Positions 1 through 12,547 of a DNA stretch of 64,000 bases are shown here, in pieces. The position numbers and the translations under genes were made by a program. Position 1 is the first letter of the stretch. Every line of letters starts with the position of its first letter. The notes below the pieces were generated by a model. That model was not told where the DNA came from. It was given only the letters and a program-made list of their open reading frames with translations, and did not search any database. Source of the DNA: Schizochytrium sp. TIO01 (lineage: Eukaryota > Protista > Bigyra: Labyrinthulomycetes); assembly GCA_004764695.1 (NCBI GenBank), contig SMSO01000037.1, forward strand, positions 1,836,747 through 1,900,746, given 5' to 3'.

Positions 1-2931
1 AGCTCCAATAAGTATCTAATAAAAGTAAGGACTCAGATGTCGTGATAATAATGTTATTATATTAAAAAGATTTGATGTATTTCCGAGTCAAGTTCAATTT
101 ATTTTTTCTTGGAATTTATTTTAATTTTTTAAATATTAAATTTTATTGGCATCAAAATTGGAGGAATTCTTAAAAGGTGTGCGAGGATCTCGGCGTTGGG
201 GCTACTATTGGCACATGGTTGTGAACATCGTCATGATAGTATTACCCTCTTGATACTTGCTACGGAATTCACTCTCTGAGGTGCTTAAAATCTTAGCACC
301 ATTGTACAAGTTCAATATAGTTGTGAGGCTATCGCCCAGCTCATACCAAGTCGATTCTTAAATCAGTTTATCGGATTGAAACCGTGCCTGCCAAACTATG
401 AAAGGGTTATATATTACTACTCTCCTTGTTCGGACGAATTACAAAGAGTCGGAGCCAAATTTATACAATCAGCACCTGAATCCACTCAGAAGCTTTCCCC
501 AGGAACTATGAAGATAGAGTCCAATTTGCTAAGGCCTATATGAAAAGGTGGTTTCTATTCCTCAAGGTACGGTGGTCCAGTCCAAGAGAACTAATTTATT
601 GTGCAACACAATTTGTCGAAGTTTCTTTTACTAATCGAAATGAATAACTTAACTGTGAACCCTGTCTTAATTTGTCGAGATTGTCCTTGCTGCCAATGGG
701 GGCTACCAGCGCCATTGTAACAAATTTCCAAATTAAGATACCTTGGTTGAGTGCGCATGATGATTTCCTGTTAGACCTCATACTTACGTAGGATATCAAT
801 AAGAGAGCATCAGTTCACGTCTTACCAAGACGTTCTGCATTGTTTCATAGTTAGGACTATATATACACTTGAGGTCGAGAAAATTGTGAATCTCATTTTT
901 TTCTGTCCATAAAAGGTTTCATGGTAGATGGCACCCCTTACACCTAAGATCACCCATGTATGCAGAATAGATACTGTAGACCAAATTTCAATGGGATAAA
1001 CGTAACTCCACATAAGTGCGTCTTCGTTTTATATATCGTAATCATGATCAGACCTAAGAACGATATGACTACAATTAGCCATGGAGCAAATAATTGGCGT
1101 TGGCTACTCTTTATAAAATCCTGAATATACGTTGTTTGTGCCATGGTTAACAAAACAACTAGAGCCTTACAACAACTGGCACTTTAGGGTGCGAAGGTAA
1201 GATCTCCGTCCAACCGTTCCTGAGTATTACTTCAACAGGCTTGAGGACAATTCCTCGAACCACTCCAATGTTGACGAGGATGGTTTTGCTGTCTAACAGA
1301 ATGTAACCATATGGCTTCCATCATACAGAAGTTCATTTTGACTCAGTTTCGCAAGACATAAATATATTACTCTGAGAAACCGACTTGTGAGATAGAAACA
1401 TAAATATATAGCGGTCCTCCTTTTAATATCTACTTTGATGTATCAGCTATTCACTTTGTATTGCGATGTTTGAGGAATCACTGAAGACTCCTATGCAAGG
1501 AATCCACGAAAAATTCCCTTCAAAGGCAGTATTTGGCACCATCGACGCAATTGCGGTGTTGGAGTGATATTTAAAAATGGTGGAATAGTTGCTGCACACC
1601 CAGAAGTCTTTAAAAAAACATTGCGAATGTCATTCTTGCATGCATCGATCGAGGTCTAGTAAACTAAATAACATTATAATTCGCAATTCTTTCAACTAGC
1701 TTTTGATATATATTCCCTTTCTGTTGTAATTACGTCAAGAAGAAAGCTTGACTTTCTCAAACTTTATAAATAAGAAGTAAAATCAAAGACTTTTCGGTGA
1801 CCTCAAGAGGACGATGTGGGTTCCTACTCGCTTGGTTACTTACAGCCGTGAAGTATTGGTCTTGACCATCAATCACGGTTGCTGAACAAAAGGTTGTGAG
1901 TTTTAAGAGCCACCTTTTTCTTATATTTCCTTGCAACTCACTTGTTTATTTCATTTTGACGGATAGACCAGACAGTAGGTAGATAGATGCCTAACACTTG
2001 GTACTACCTACCTATAACCTATCTATCTCTTCGTTTCAAGCAATCTCTGCCACTATTTTTTGATATGGGAACCAATCTGCACAAACTGTGCTTGCTACCA
2101 GGGGAAAGTCTTCAGAAGAGCTGATGCAAACCGAAGTAAACCTTTCGGCCTGTCTTCTAGGAAGAGGATCTAGTCCCGCCTATTCAAGCGTAAGAAATAA
2201 CAGAATTTCGCAAAGGTAAAAGAGCAGCAGCCGCAGCAGCACTTCGATCCTGTTTCCCTGGAGACTTCACAGTTCGGGTTCCCGACTGCTTCGTGAGAGC
2301 CCTCACCCAAAGCAAAGACATGTGATCAATATAAACAGGTACATCCTGATCCTCAACGACAGCAGCACCTACCCAGTGCAGCAGCCACCCAATCAGCAGA
2401 CTTGCCAGGAAGTAGTAGTGAGTAGTAATCTTGTTGTGGCATCATTATGCCGCCAAAAACCCGGCGAGCAGCCCAAAGTAACCAACCAGCTTAGTGGAGC
2501 GTTGACCCTTACATATTGAAAATGTCTGACTGCCTGCAGTTGAACGTTCGAAGCACGAGTCAGATCTTCGCTCTTGCAAGCCGGGCCTCGAGCTCTTTAT
2601 CCCTGGCTCTCCGTTCCCATTCTACAGGAACCGCCGCCGACGCAAGGCGCCTCAGCCGAGACCTGCCACAGGTTTAATGTAATGAATGCCAAATGCCTTA
2701 AACGGACACGTGTCCTCCTCCTCCTCCTCCTCCTCTTCGTGCAATATCCACCGCCAAAGCCACCGCGATCCCTGGCGTGTTTATGAACGAAGTTCGGGCT
2801 CGCGAACGACTCTAACGGAGTAAAGCGGGCGAATGCACCGGGAACCCAAATGCAAGAGCATGCTGATCAACCTGAGGATTTATTTCCGCCAAGGCCAAGA
2901 CCCATGCGAGAACCTCTCAAAGCTGGCCGAA

Positions 2932-3115
2932 GTATGCATGCATATTTGTTTCATACGAATGTACATATGTATGGATTTATGGATGTATGTTTGAGAAGTC
3001 TAAATGTATGGGTGTATGTATGGATGTATGGATGTATGTATGTATGTATGGATGTATGTTTTACACGTATGTATGTATGGATGGATGTATGGATGGATGT
3101 ATGGATGTGGATGTA
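2932..3115. repeat. Compound (ATGT/ATGG)n microsatellite
   Basis: Imperfect run of GTAT/GGAT tetramers. It generates the spurious MYV/MDV/WMY ORFs in the track. Confidence 0.9.
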
Positions 3116-3540
3116 CCAGATGGCAGCTAGCCAGCTCGCTACCGAATCATCAGTCTGAGCAAAACACGCTGTCTAACAGCGCAGGAACAATGGCTTCAGG
3201 ACTGCCGGCTTGCCAGAATCTACCACAAGCAGCATCCAGATCCAAGTCGAGCTTGGACACAGATCGCCGCGACGTCCGTGAATGAAACCAGCTGGCACTG
3301 TAGCATTGGTGGTGGAGCCCAACCTTTAGTAAAAAAACCGTGCTCAGGTTGGCCTCACTTTTGGGCGAAGAGCAACTTGTTACGAGTAATGTCGCCCTCC
3401 TCAGCGATGGAGCATCCACATCTCGAACATTTAGCACTCCCTGGTTTGGTCTATAGCATTTCATAAAACATGACAAGATTCCGGTTGTTAGTTGTTATTC
3501 ACTTAGGTACCTCCAAATTGTCAGGCCAAATCGAATTGTG

Positions 3541-3834
3541 GTTTGTCTGTTTGTTTGTTTGTTTGTTTGTTTGTTTGTTTGTTTGTTTGTTTGTTTGTTT
3601 GTTTGTTTGTTTGTTTGTTTGTTTGTTTGTTTGTTTGTTTGTTTGTTTGTTTGTTTGTTTGTTTGTTTGTTTGTTTGTTTGTTTGTTTGTTTGTTTGTTT
3701 GTTTGTTTGTTTGTTTGTTTGTTTGTTTGTTTGTTTGTTTGTTTGTTTGTTTGTTTGTTTGTTTGTTTGTTTGTTTGTTTGTTTGTTTGTTTGTTTGTTT
3801 GTTTGTTTGTTTGTTTGTTTGTTTGTTTGTTTGT
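3541..3834. repeat. Long near-perfect (GTTT)n microsatellite, ~73 units
   Basis: Continuous GTTT run with one GTCT variant at 3545-3548. It explains the FVCL/KQTN ORFs in all frames. Confidence 0.98.
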
Positions 3835-5040
3835 CACTGCGAAGGCAGCCTGGTTTCCGTGCAAGCCGAGCAAGGTTCTCGTTGGCGTCCTGCTGTCTCC
3901 GAGCTTCAGCTTGACTCCAGCAGGGACAGAGTCCAAGAGCTGATCGATCTCTACAGCTTTGGTTCAATCGCGGATGGTAGTCAGCAGGTAGGTAGTAGGT
4001 AGGTAGGCGCCTACGTGGCTGAAGCCCGCCAAGAACAGGCCGAACCCTGCTTTAATAAGCTGGCAGCTTGAAGCGCTCTGTGGCGAAGTAAATAACCCAC
4101 TGTAGATGGCCAGGGCAAACTAGAGTATTCCTATTCTTGATAGTATAGGGAGACGCAGTAGACTTTGTGAAGAAGTCTGCGAGTCTGCTTGGGTTTAAGG
4201 GAAGACTTTGGCGGTTTAACTTTAGGCTTCACTCTTTGCTTCAAGGGAAGGGGGCCTTGCGAATACAAGAGCGTCCTCAGATTAGGACGTAGTCTTTTCT
4301 GAGAGTTTTAGCTTTGGCGCCGCTTTCGGCTCTGTTCTTGTTCTTGTTCTCACGGCTGGGTACTCGAGTACCTGATACTGGCGGGTACTTACCACAAGGT
4401 GGGCCTATATCTAGACTGATTCCGCAGATCATGAAGCGTCATTGCTCATCATCAACCTCAAGCTTGAGGCCATTCTGCAACATCTTGAAGGAGTTCTTGA
4501 GACTTTGCTGTTTCTGCTGTTGGCGTCGTTAATGTTGTTGTTGGTACCACTGTTGAAGTTGTCGATTGAATTGTCATTCTAAGGATATAGTTTTTATTGA
4601 TATTATATAATTGTTACTCTTATCAATCTTATTATAATAGGTATACTACTACTGACTATGAGCAATATGGGAATGAGATGAAGCAGGCAAACAGTCGATT
4701 CCTCGAGCCGTGAGGCAAAACCCTTCAGGAGCTTCGTTTGTGGGGCGTGCGTGAAGACCCGTTGGGCGAGCTAGGCACAGAAAGGGAGCTCCTGAGAGAG
4801 TCTCGAACCTTATTACAACGACTGAAGCGTAGTTAGGACTGCCAGGTTGGCGTTGTTTGAGCGGATTGCGAACTTTGGGGCGTTGACGACTCTGACTTCT
4901 TCTTCTTCTTCTTCTTCTTCTCTACGATTGATATTGTTGATTTCTGCCATTCAGATCTGTAGAGATCAACTTGATACATTGGAGCTTCTTGGTTCGCGAG
5001 CTGCAAAACAACACACGGGGTTCTCGGCGAACGAACGAAA

Positions 5041-6357
5041 ATGCCAGCGCAATATACCAATTCTTATGCAGCTGCAATGAAAAGAGTCCCGAGTGAAAAT
5101 AACGGGCTCGACGGCGAAGGATTTGTTTCAAGACACGCCCCACGGCTTCCTGGATTCTCAGCTCAGCGTTTTCCAGTGGGAATGGGAAACTCGGGGTCTT
5201 CGTCGATGACAGATGCCAACCACAAAGACACGCAAACGTCAAGACAACGCAATACGAACACCAGAAAAGAAAATGCCATCGAGATTTTGGGCATCACTCT
5301 CGAGCTTAAGTGGTTAAGTCTCATCCTGCTCATCGTACAGAACACTGTACTTGTACTTGCGATGAGGTTTTCTCGAACGAACACAGCTTCGGATGGCATG
5401 CTTTACAAGTCATCCACCGCAGTTGTCATGGCTGAGGTACTGAAGCTCTGTATCTCTACCTACGGCGTGTACAAGGAGCGCGAAAGCAAAGGAGACTTTC
5501 TCGAGTTTGCCGGAGACGAGCTCACGAACCCAGATATCCTCAAACTCGCAGTTCCTGGCATTCTATATACCATTCAAAACAACCTTCTTTTCCTTGCTCT
5601 TTCCAACCTGGAAGCCGCAGTTTATCAGGTTACCTACCAGCTCAAGATCCTCACTACAGCCATGTTCAGTATCGCTATGCTAGGCCGGACCTTGTCCATG
5701 TATCAGATGCTAGCCCTTGTGATGCTCATGATGGGAGTGGCCATGGTGCAGCTTTCCTCTACCTCGGGCGGAGGTAATAAAGATCGGGCTTCTGAAGGTA
5801 ACCGTTTGGTTGGTGTGACTTGTGTTCTTCTGGCGTGTGTATCCTCTGGCTTCGCTGGTGTTTACACAGAAAAGATTCTAAAACATGGCCGCGTGGTGTC
5901 CTTGTTCACTCGTAACATGCAGCTCGCTGTCTTTGGTATTATCCTTGGCCTTCTCGGCGTGATTATGAATGATGCTGTAGACGTGTTTGAGCACGGCTTC
6001 TTTAGCGGTTACACGCCTATTGTATGGCTCGTGGTGATAGTACAGGCAGCAGGTGGTCTTATGATTGCTGTGGTGATGAAGTATGCAGATAACATTCTCA
6101 AGGGCTTTGCCACATCCATCTCCATCATTCTGTCCTCAGTATTGTCCAGCCTCTTGTTCGGGTTTTCTCTTACTTTGCAGTTTGTAGCTGGGACCACTGT
6201 AGTGATTGGTGCGGTCTTCCTCTTCGGGGTCAAGCCCCGCACGAAGCGCCATGAGTCGTCTTCGTATGATATTGAGCAGCGAGGTAATGCAGTTGGGCAT
6301 CGACCACTGACCTCAGGCAAGGGTGGCTCCCAGATCGCATCTATGTTGCGCGTCTAA
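5041..6357 (+). CDS. Nucleotide-sugar transporter, SLC35A family (UDP-Gal/UDP-GlcNAc/CMP-sialic acid type); true start may be a downstream ATG
   Basis: Family motifs LKWLSLILLIVQN, AVVMAEVLKL, LAVPGILYTIQNNL, YQVTYQLKILTTA, SSGFAGVYTEKILK, RNMQL, VMKYADNILKGFATS, plus many hydrophobic segments. Confidence 0.93.
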   Translation: MPAQYTNSYAAAMKRVPSENNGLDGEGFVSRHAPRLPGFSAQRFPVGMGNSGSSSMTDANHKDTQTSRQRNTNTRKENAIEILGITLELKWLSLILLIVQNTVLVLAMRFSRTNTASDGMLYKSSTAVVMAEVLKLCISTYGVYKERESKGDFLEFAGDELTNPDILKLAVPGILYTIQNNLLFLALSNLEAAVYQVTYQLKILTTAMFSIAMLGRTLSMYQMLALVMLMMGVAMVQLSSTSGGGNKDRASEGNRLVGVTCVLLACVSSGFAGVYTEKILKHGRVVSLFTRNMQLAVFGIILGLLGVIMNDAVDVFEHGFFSGYTPIVWLVVIVQAAGGLMIAVVMKYADNILKGFATSISIILSSVLSSLLFGFSLTLQFVAGTTVVIGAVFLFGVKPRTKRHESSSYDIEQRGNAVGHRPLTSGKGGSQIASMLRV

Positions 6358-7160
6358 CGGGCTTTCGCATTTGCACTCATCTTATGACTGTTTTTTAACT
6401 AGCTACCATGTATTCGGGCAGAGATGTGCAAGTTCTCGCCTATTGATGTTGCATATGAACAGCGCCAGCAAACCTGAAGCCAAATAGGTTTTTGGAAGAA
6501 AAAAATAAAAAATAGACAACTACAAAGCAAACTACAAAATCGCACCTTATAACGGAGGCACGTTCCCCATAGGAACGGTCGTCTGCAGATCCCCTAGCAT
6601 AGTCCTTATAACGCAGCAATCAAGCCCTTGCTTAGCACACAGCATCAGGAAGCTCTCTGCAAGTGGAGAGGACAAAAGAAAAACTACGAAACGATTAAAA
6701 GAGCAAATAACAAAAAACGATACGTCTAAGCAGCATCAAATAAACCCATGAATAAAGGCAGGCGAATGCTCGCAAACAAGAAACACAAGTAGAAAAGGAA
6801 TACTACGACGATCATATGAACTCTTGATTCTAAGAGTCACTGGCGCCCACCAAAACTCAACAATATTGAGGACAGCAAAACAAAAGAAAAAAGTGGTACT
6901 TCATTGGGCCGTCTAGCTTGAAGTCAATGTGATGACAAGTAGATAGATGTAAGAGCATAAATGTACAAACGAAAAAGGAGGAAGTAGCGACAGGTAAGGG
7001 TTCTCTTCTTTCTAAAAACTTTTATTTCTTCATCATTATGCTCCCTCTCCTCTGAACAGAAGCTTCGGACCTCCAACCCTTTTACTGAACTTCAGGTCTT
7101 TAGTCTGATCAATCACGCAACTCAACGCAACGGCAAATTTTGAAAATGTTGTCTCGAGCA

Positions 7161-8717
7161 TCAAACCATGGGCAATATCAAGGTCCATGCCAGTGATGTC
7201 GAAGCACGTTTTCCAGGCGACAGTACCGACTTGATTGTTCTCCAGCCAACAGGAAGTGCTGAGTAACCTTCCATCCGTGAGACCTCTTCTACAAGCTGTG
7301 AGAGGTTATCATCTCTTGCAGCATAGTAGTGTGGGTCAACAATGAGCAGCTTACTCTCCGCCATAGGGCGGCCAAGAGCAGTGCGTGCCGTGCCCGCAAT
7401 GACAAGAGCAAGGTTAGCACCACAAGCAACTACTGGAGTGTTAGCACCAACCAAATGCTCCTCGATTTGTGTGAATGCATCTTCATAGTCCCCATGTGCC
7501 CTAATAAATCGACAATCTACATCATATCGATCACTCAAGATCCATGAAATTTCTTGCGACCCAATCCACTGCTTGCAAGGCGGTTGGAAGTTAGTATCCA
7601 TCACATTCATTTCTTTAAGACGCTTCTGAACTTCGATAACATTAGGCACTAGCTCTTGTGTAGCATCTGTTGCTTTAGAGGGAGATTCAACTACGCTATA
7701 TCCATTATAGTGGAAATAACTCAACATCATTTGTAAGCTTCGGTATGCACAACCCCATCCTCGATCATCAAGATTTTGCATTCCATAATGATAATAGTCA
7801 AATCTACCTCTTACAAGATGTATTTTAGATGCGTCCACTTGGTTAGGCTCTTTTGCCCGCAAATGTATATTTGATCTTGGCAGGGGCTCTTTTTCGGTGG
7901 CGCAAAACACGAAATTGTGTACGCGGGAAACAGAGCTTGGGAGTCGGGAGCTTGCCGGAAGACCGAGTTCGCGGCGAATCCTTGTGATTCTGGTAGGATC
8001 TCGACAACCTCGAATGTGAACAGGCAAGCCATCATTTATCACATGGACCTGAATGTCAGCAGCAATACCTGAACTCCGTGCTACTAGTAGTTCCTGGTCT
8101 GCCATTTCAAGAAGTCTAGTAAAAGCTTGAGCACAGGTCGTATCTTTAGGTACCAATGTGCAAACCTCGATGCGGTGGAAGTCAGTGCCGAAACTGCCAT
8201 TGTTAGGGGTCTTAGTGCAGCAAAGCTGTACTCCTCGAGCGGGCATAGATGCATCTGAAGGGAGCATATATGGGATGAGGCGCACAATCACTCTATTTTG
8301 AAATTGGAGGGAGTTTCGGCAAGCAGCAAAACTATTTCCAGTTGACAAGACTTTGTCTAGCTCTAAGCTCTCTACTAAGGATTGTGACAAGTTGATATCT
8401 ACGCCCACAGGTACAACTTTAGAAGATATCGAAGACCTGAACGCCACAACATTTTCCGAGATGGTTTCAAGTTCTCCAGAAATTCGTAATATGAAGTTGG
8501 CCACTAGAACAAACTTATCTAAGTTGTTAGCGCTCCCTTCGGGGAGCTCGTTTTGCAAAGTCCCGGTTGATCTTTCCACATAACTCGACACGCCGCCTCC
8601 GACAGGAGACTTCAATGTGCCTCCGCAAGGTGCTGTAAGTGCTTGCAGCTTTGGAATCGGTAACTCTGCAGACACTCTAGGACGATCGGACGCACCGAAA
8701 GTCCCCTTTATCGACAT
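7161..8717 (-). CDS. UFSP2: UFM1-specific cysteine protease (peptidase C78, UFSP2-like with N-terminal extension)
   Basis: YYHYG..DDRGWGCAYRSLQ catalytic Cys box, WIGS.EI, and DPHY Asp/His box. Start placed at ATG 8717 in a GCCACCATG context rather than the TTG at 8759. Confidence 0.9.
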   Translation of the reverse strand: MSIKGTFGASDRPRVSAELPIPKLQALTAPCGGTLKSPVGGGVSSYVERSTGTLQNELPEGSANNLDKFVLVANFILRISGELETISENVVAFRSSISSKVVPVGVDINLSQSLVESLELDKVLSTGNSFAACRNSLQFQNRVIVRLIPYMLPSDASMPARGVQLCCTKTPNNGSFGTDFHRIEVCTLVPKDTTCAQAFTRLLEMADQELLVARSSGIAADIQVHVINDGLPVHIRGCRDPTRITRIRRELGLPASSRLPSSVSRVHNFVFCATEKEPLPRSNIHLRAKEPNQVDASKIHLVRGRFDYYHYGMQNLDDRGWGCAYRSLQMMLSYFHYNGYSVVESPSKATDATQELVPNVIEVQKRLKEMNVMDTNFQPPCKQWIGSQEISWILSDRYDVDCRFIRAHGDYEDAFTQIEEHLVGANTPVVACGANLALVIAGTARTALGRPMAESKLLIVDPHYYAARDDNLSQLVEEVSRMEGYSALPVGWRTIKSVLSPGKRASTSLAWTLILPMV

Positions 8718-11700
8718 GGTGGCTGCTCGGAGATAACGCGCGAAGGAGCAAGGAAACAAATATGATTAAGCAATGCTCAGTCGTACAGCACAGAATCAAG
8801 GAGCTAACCAAAAGCTCATGACAAGCCCTGATTAAGCTTTTCAACCTGTTGATTATCTTTCTTATTTCTTTTAGTTTTTTTTTTAGTTTTTTTATTTATT
8901 TATTTCCTTCTCTTAGGCTGGCCTGATCTGATTTGCTCATAGATCCTTTGTGGATGTTGAAATGGGGATGACATGGATTGTGATGAAACTTATGTATATT
9001 TGGAGAATTAAGTAAAAAGGGTTAGAGTTGTACTGTTTGCAACTTTGACAGCTTGTATTCATCATCAAGGCTTCACATCCGCAAACATTACTAGAGGTTC
9101 AAAACGACCCATTGTGGTACTCCTCTTTTAATGAATAGAGGGTGAATAATCCTCTTTGAAAACCATGGAGGTTAATTGGTGTGAACAAAACCGCCCCACT
9201 GAGTATTGTCTCACATTGTAAATGTGGTCTTCTTATCCAACTTCAGAGCAACAAAATATATTTGACCTTTCAGATATTCACTTTTGGGTCCTTACTTGAA
9301 TTTATGGTTCTTCTGTCCACAGTTTCTTTGCAAGACATTAAGTTTAGTGTAACTTAAATTAAAATCACCTAGGCTTTCGAACAGCATGCTATAATGTTGT
9401 GTAATGATACCGAGCAAGATAAACTTACTTATGGATGGTTTGACTTTCTGACAGAGGAAAGTAGAAAGACTGAGGTTGTGAAGAATAAGACGAATTTTAA
9501 TGCTATTAGCTTGTCGGTATTGGGCCTTTCATGAGTGTGCTCGTTCGTTAGCACTATTCTAATTGGAAACAAAGGAAGTGCCACAAAATTGAAAGGGAAA
9601 TTGATAACTACTAGATATGTTATTTTCTTTCATTTAGATCCATGCAAAAGTCTTTGACTACATGCTTATTCTTGCTGGTGACGAGGATTTCACCAATAAC
9701 AAAGACAACAACTAGACTCTATGCCTTGTACGAAGTCCCTTTTTAATAACTTGTACCGTACGATAGGAAAGACAAGTGGTTAGCGTGAAATGCCGTGTAC
9801 AATTAGTCATTTATTTTAAAAAGAAAATCGTTTTGCATTTTTAACTTTCCACTACAGTACGTGTCAAAATCTTCAGTTCCACCAGCGTTTGTATGATTAC
9901 AGCGAGATAAATCTTCATCAGAAGCATCCCGATCGGTTTGAGTAGTAACCTGACCTTGATTTAAAGAATAACAAACAGGTAACGGTGTTATTGTCAAGGT
10001 CATCCTTTCTCAATGATTAAAATAATATCTTGATTCAAAGGACTCAGCAACATTTATAAGAGCTCATACTAATTGTTCAAAATGATTCATTAAAATAGCA
10101 ATGTTTACTCGCATTGTCTCAAATATTTCTGTTCAGATTTATTTTAGCCAATACTCACGCAAACTACTCCCTGACTACACCAACATCACTTTTTGCCAGA
10201 CAATTAAAAACTAAGAAATTTAGTTATCATCGCATAATGTATCTATGGGGAATTAAAAAGCTTGAAGCCCATATCTATGCTCTTAACTACTATATTTTTA
10301 AAAAGTACTTTAAAATGATATATATATATATTTGTTTTTTTTTTTGTTTTTTTAAAAAGAGTTTTTATTTTATATGTATATAATCAAGTTCTAGTATCAT
10401 GATATTTAATTTTAATTAATATATATATTAAACATAAATGAAAACTATTATAAATCTGAGGAAAACACATAACACACACACACCTTATTAGGTCTTTAAG
10501 CCGAATCATCAGCATATAAATATGTTCAATATTATACTCGCGATGCTAAACTCAATCAGTAACGATCTTTGTAATGAATATAAATACATTTCAAATTATC
10601 CTTTATCAACCTTGTCCTCAATATTATGAACTAGGGTAGCTGCTAGTAGAAGCAAAGAGGCACATCTGAAAAAGCATCACCATAAATTCAGAACCATCTT
10701 CGTGCTGAAAGGGTGTATCTCATTTCCTCCATGCAGCTGCGCATTCAATTCTCAAAATTATGGCTTCAAGCGGTTTGTGATTGTCGTTTATGTAGTTCTA
10801 TCCATATATCCAAATATATTCATTCTATAGCGCAAGGAAACATTTTCGATTCTTTGTATTTAAAAAATGTTTTCCTTTCTCTCATTCGTTATTTGAGGTC
10901 ATACTTGACCTTTAAAATATGCACTCAAAATGACATACGAAAAGGCCAGTGTCCATGCAGATGCGTGGCTCTAGAGCTTGTTTCAAATTTATTGTATCTC
11001 CGCACCTGTAGTTAGCTCTTCACTCAACCTGGTTCCCGGGCCTTTTCACTCCGAAATCGCGGAGACAAGGCTGTTCGGTTCTAAAATAGACATGGACCCT
11101 TTTTCTTTTTCTTTTTTTACTTGAATAATAATAATAATATTACGAGCGAAGATTTGTCTTCGCTGTAGTCGCGCTGCTTCTGCTGAAGGGGAAACTGCCA
11201 TCGCTTGCGGCTTCTAACCCACCTGCGTGCACCGACGCCAGTAGAGAGGATTCTATATATGGGCTTCAAATAAATGCCTCGCAGACATTGTCTCTCACAC
11301 AGTGCCTCGCAGTTTTGGTATCAAAGGTGGAAGTAGGAAATGTTGGCGTTTTCTATCATTTCTTTAAAATTTAATGAAGCCTTGTGACCCCGCACTGATA
11401 TGGCGTACGCTGATCATAACTTTCCGTCTTTCCCGTTCGATCTTTCTGACAGAGCCTAAGTCAATCACGAAGGGTCGTTCCTCACGATGTGCGGGTCCTC
11501 TGGCCGCAGTTCTCAAGCAGTGCAGCGTGCTCTGGCGCTTGCGAAGCCGTACCGGAGTTGCAAGCCCACGGAGATTTACTTGTTTCATGGACGATCCAAA
11601 GAGAAGAAACGAACTCAGAACAGCGTAGACAACTCAAGAAAGCTTATGTATCATGCGCGATGCCCAGACCATCGGCGGCCCAATCCCAACAGCACTGGTG

Positions 11701-12547
11701 CCCTGCACGGCCCTCCCGCCCCTTCCGAGGAGCGAGCAAGCAGCATCAACAGATACTCTTCCATTCTCACTATTCAAGGTCGATACTACACGAGGCATTG
11801 TTGATTTATTGACCTATTCTTCATAGGCAGTCGTAGACAAAACACGAGACGCCTTTATGCATCCCAGCGCGTACATCCATGTTCTATACAGTAGGCGAAA
11901 CGTGAGGGCGATGTCTCCAGCGAGCGTACTCCGACGTCGAGGAGCGAGCTGGCTTCGAGCTGGCTGGAGAAATTAGAGCTTCGATAATCAGTGAGTGAAG
12001 ATGAGATTGAAGGAACAGAAAGAAGAAAGACGCGAATGAGCGATAGTAGGTATAGCATATATAGTAGGTAAGGTAAGATGAGGCGAGTACTAACTAAGTC
12101 CCTATAATGTACTAAAAAAGAATGAATGAGTTTCTCAGTAATGGCCCTAATAACAAACTTTTATTCATGAAGAAGAGAATATAGAGACCTAAGTTTTTTG
12201 ATTAATAATTTGTCGATTCATTCGTTTATTTATTCTTATTCATTCACTCATTCTTTCATAACAGGATCTGCGCAGGCGTGTCTATCTGCGCAGGCAACGT
12301 CGGTGCGGCGTCTCGCAGCGTCTCGCAGCCCGGGCTGCTGCGCGACCTATAGTCCGTCCGCCTCTGCGAGACGTGTCTGTCTGTGCTTTCTGGTACTACG
12401 TTCGTCCGTCGGCGGATAGACAAGTTTGGGATTCCGAGTTTGAACTTTGAACCCAGCGAGGCCAGCATCTTCATCGTCACGAGAGTGAAGCTGCAGAGAC
12501 CTCGTCGGCGGCCTTGAAGTCGGCTCCATAGCGTTAAAAATTACAGA

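Noticed and set aside
2850-4002. ORFs with MYV/WMD, FVCL and KQTN repeats
   Set aside because: Translations of stop-free microsatellites.
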